Shown here: positions 8,598 to 10,125 of the stretch, one piece after another
Position numbering within the stretch: position 1 is the stretch's first letter
Layout: every line of letters begins with the position of its first letter
NCBI RefSeq assembly: GCF_006345805.1
Contig: NW_021827412.1
Coordinates: 1 to 10,125, forward strand
Origin: Octopus sinensis
Lineage: Eukaryota
DNA length: 10,125 nt
Direction of reading: 5' to 3'
Program-made: the position numbers and the translations under genes
Notes under the pieces: model-generated
The model's database searches: none
What the model was told of the DNA's origin: nothing
Seen by the model: only the letters and a program-made list of their open reading frames with translations

Positions 8598-8832
8598 CCT
8601 ATTTCTTTACTACCCACAAGGGGTTAAACACAGAGAAGACAAACAAGGACAGACAAACGGATTAAGTCGATTACATCGACCCCAGTGCGTAACTGGTACT
8701 TAATTTATCGACCCCGAAAGGATGAAAGGCAAAGTCGACCTCGGCGGAATTTGAACTCAGAACGTAACGGTAGACGAAATACCGCTAATCATTTCGCCCG
8801 GCGTGCTGACGTTTCTGCCAACACACCGCCTT
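8598..8832 (-). mobile_element. SINE family B copy B5, full length, tail type 1
   Basis: A-box-like TGGCAGAAACG (8820-8810), B-box GAGTTCAAATTCC (8758-8746), core and tail intact, with many CpGs retained. No clear TSD. Confidence 0.96.
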
Positions 8833-8862
8833 AGGATCGAAATAAATATTAAAACATTTTTG

Positions 8863-8960
8863 TTCGGGTCAATTGTATAAATACCAGCTGGGCACTGGGG
8901 TCAATGCAATCGACATGCTCCCACCACCTAAATCATTGGCCTTGTTCCAAAATTTAAAAC
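8863..8960 (+). mobile_element. SINE family B 3' half, diverged (B6), tail type 3
   Basis: TACCAGCTGGGCACTGGGGTCAATGCAATCGAC...GGCCTTGTTCCAAAATTTAAAAC is colinear with B2. Confidence 0.8.
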
Positions 8961-9368
8961 AATATTCATATGGACACTACGTTTCAATCGGTTTCATCAT
9001 CGGACGTCATCGTATTTCTTATTCCTAGATATGTACACAGTACCGGACTGGATTCGAAATCAGAAGCTATATTTATAAGCAAGTAACGCTAAAATCTCCG
9101 CCAACACTTTTATCTAGGTCACAAACATCTGTATGATTAAAGCTATATTTTTCAGCCTTATTTATTTGTCAAAAATATGCAGCCATATTAAGTTGATGCC
9201 GGTGAATGGTTTACCCAAGAAATAGTCAACAAGCTCTATATGTGGTTGTTTATTTTTTTTTTGTATTTTTCTAGGTTTTCACCGTCGTTTTCTATCAATT
9301 ATGGTAATATAATTCCAAATATGATACATGGTTTCCTTTTGGGAGCCATATATGTTCAGCCAGTAAGT

Positions 9369-9482
9369 GCAGTGTGGCTGCAGTAAGTTCTTTTTGCAAC
9401 CTCGAGATCTCGGGTTCGATTTCATTGATTTCATTGATTGGCATCTTGGGCAAATGGTATTTTCTATAACCTCGAGTTGACC
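9369..9482 (+). mobile_element. SINE family A diverged 5' half (A7)
   Basis: GTGGCTGCAGTAAG...CGGGTTCGATTTC...TGGCATCTTGGGCAAATG...CTATAACCTCGAGTTGACC is colinear with the A1/A4 head. Contains a GATTTCATT tandem duplication. Confidence 0.7.
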
Positions 9483-9497
9483 GTACATTCTTTCATG

Positions 9498-9757
9498 TTT
9501 TACGTGTTTCAGTCATTAGACTACAGCCATGCTGGGGCATCGCCTTCAAGGACTTGTAGTCGAATGTGTTGATCCCAGTACTTATTCTCCTTAAATCTTG
9601 TACTAATTCCATCGGTTTCTTTCGACGAACCGCTAGATAATGCGGACGTAAACACGCCAAGACCAGTCGTCAAACGATGACAGGGACAGAGACACATACA
9701 CACACGCACACGTCTATATATACAGGACGGGCTTCTTTCAGTTTCCATCTACCAAAT
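9498..9757 (-). mobile_element. SINE family A copy A6, head missing
   Basis: TGTTTCAGTCATTAGAC...CCATGCTGGGGCATCGCCTT...GAACCGCTA...GGACGTAAACAC...GACGGGCTTCTTTCAGTTTCCATCTACCAAAT is the reverse complement of the A3 body and tail. Confidence 0.9.
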
Positions 9758-9932
9758 GGATATTTCGTCTGTCATTAGGTTCTGAGTTCAAATTGCGCCG
9801 AGGTCGACTTTGCCTTTCATTCGTTCGACTTTGCCTTACAACCGCACTGGGGTCGATGTAATCAACTTAATCCATTTGTCTGTCCTTGTTTGTCCCCTCT
9901 GTGTTTCGCCCCTTGTGGGCAATAAAGAAATA
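9758..9932 (+). mobile_element. SINE family B copy B7, 5'-truncated, tail type 1, rearranged core
   Basis: TATTTCGTCTGTC...GAGTTCAAATTGCGCCGAGGTCGACTTTGCCTTTCAT...GCACTGGGGTCGATGTAATC...CCCCTTGTGGGCAATAAAGAAATA. Confidence 0.93.
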
Positions 9933-10125
9933 TATATATGTTGCAAACTCTCTGAACTTCTCAAAAGATACCATGAATTGGAATTTGGCCTGACCTTTCC
10001 ACCCAACCTACTAAACGTGCTGGGTGTTTGTTTATAGAAATATATTTATTAAATGATTAATTTCTTTTGTAAAAAATTATTCATTGATGCAGATTGGTTT
10101 GGCCTGATTCGGAAGTCATTTGACA

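Noticed and set aside
8970-9086. 38-aa ORF MDTTFQSVSSSDVIVFLIPRYVHSTGLDSKSEAIFISK
   Set aside because: Within chance length, with only weak splice-like signals and no recognisable motif.

Overview
Eukaryotic, AT-rich, very microsatellite-dense DNA with no recognisable conserved protein-coding gene. It is most likely octopus (coleoid cephalopod), an inference from my recollection of these SINE sequences, not from a database search. Most of the window is simple repeats plus about 15 full or partial copies of three tRNA-headed SINE families, labelled A, B and C here, and fragments of a possible fourth (D). Nearly all ORFs in the supplied track are microsatellite or SINE artefacts. Two signals stand out. 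(1) A candidate spliced minus-strand transcript runs through the unique-sequence islands: a CCAAT + NF-kB-like island at ~6620-6670, a donor at 6544, then exons 3106-3014, 1318-1283 and 837-~650. (2) The SINEs are modular: families A and B share a core ending in a GTCGA-N5-TCGAC hairpin, directly followed by four alternative 3' tails. Several closely spaced inverted SINE pairs could form dsRNA.
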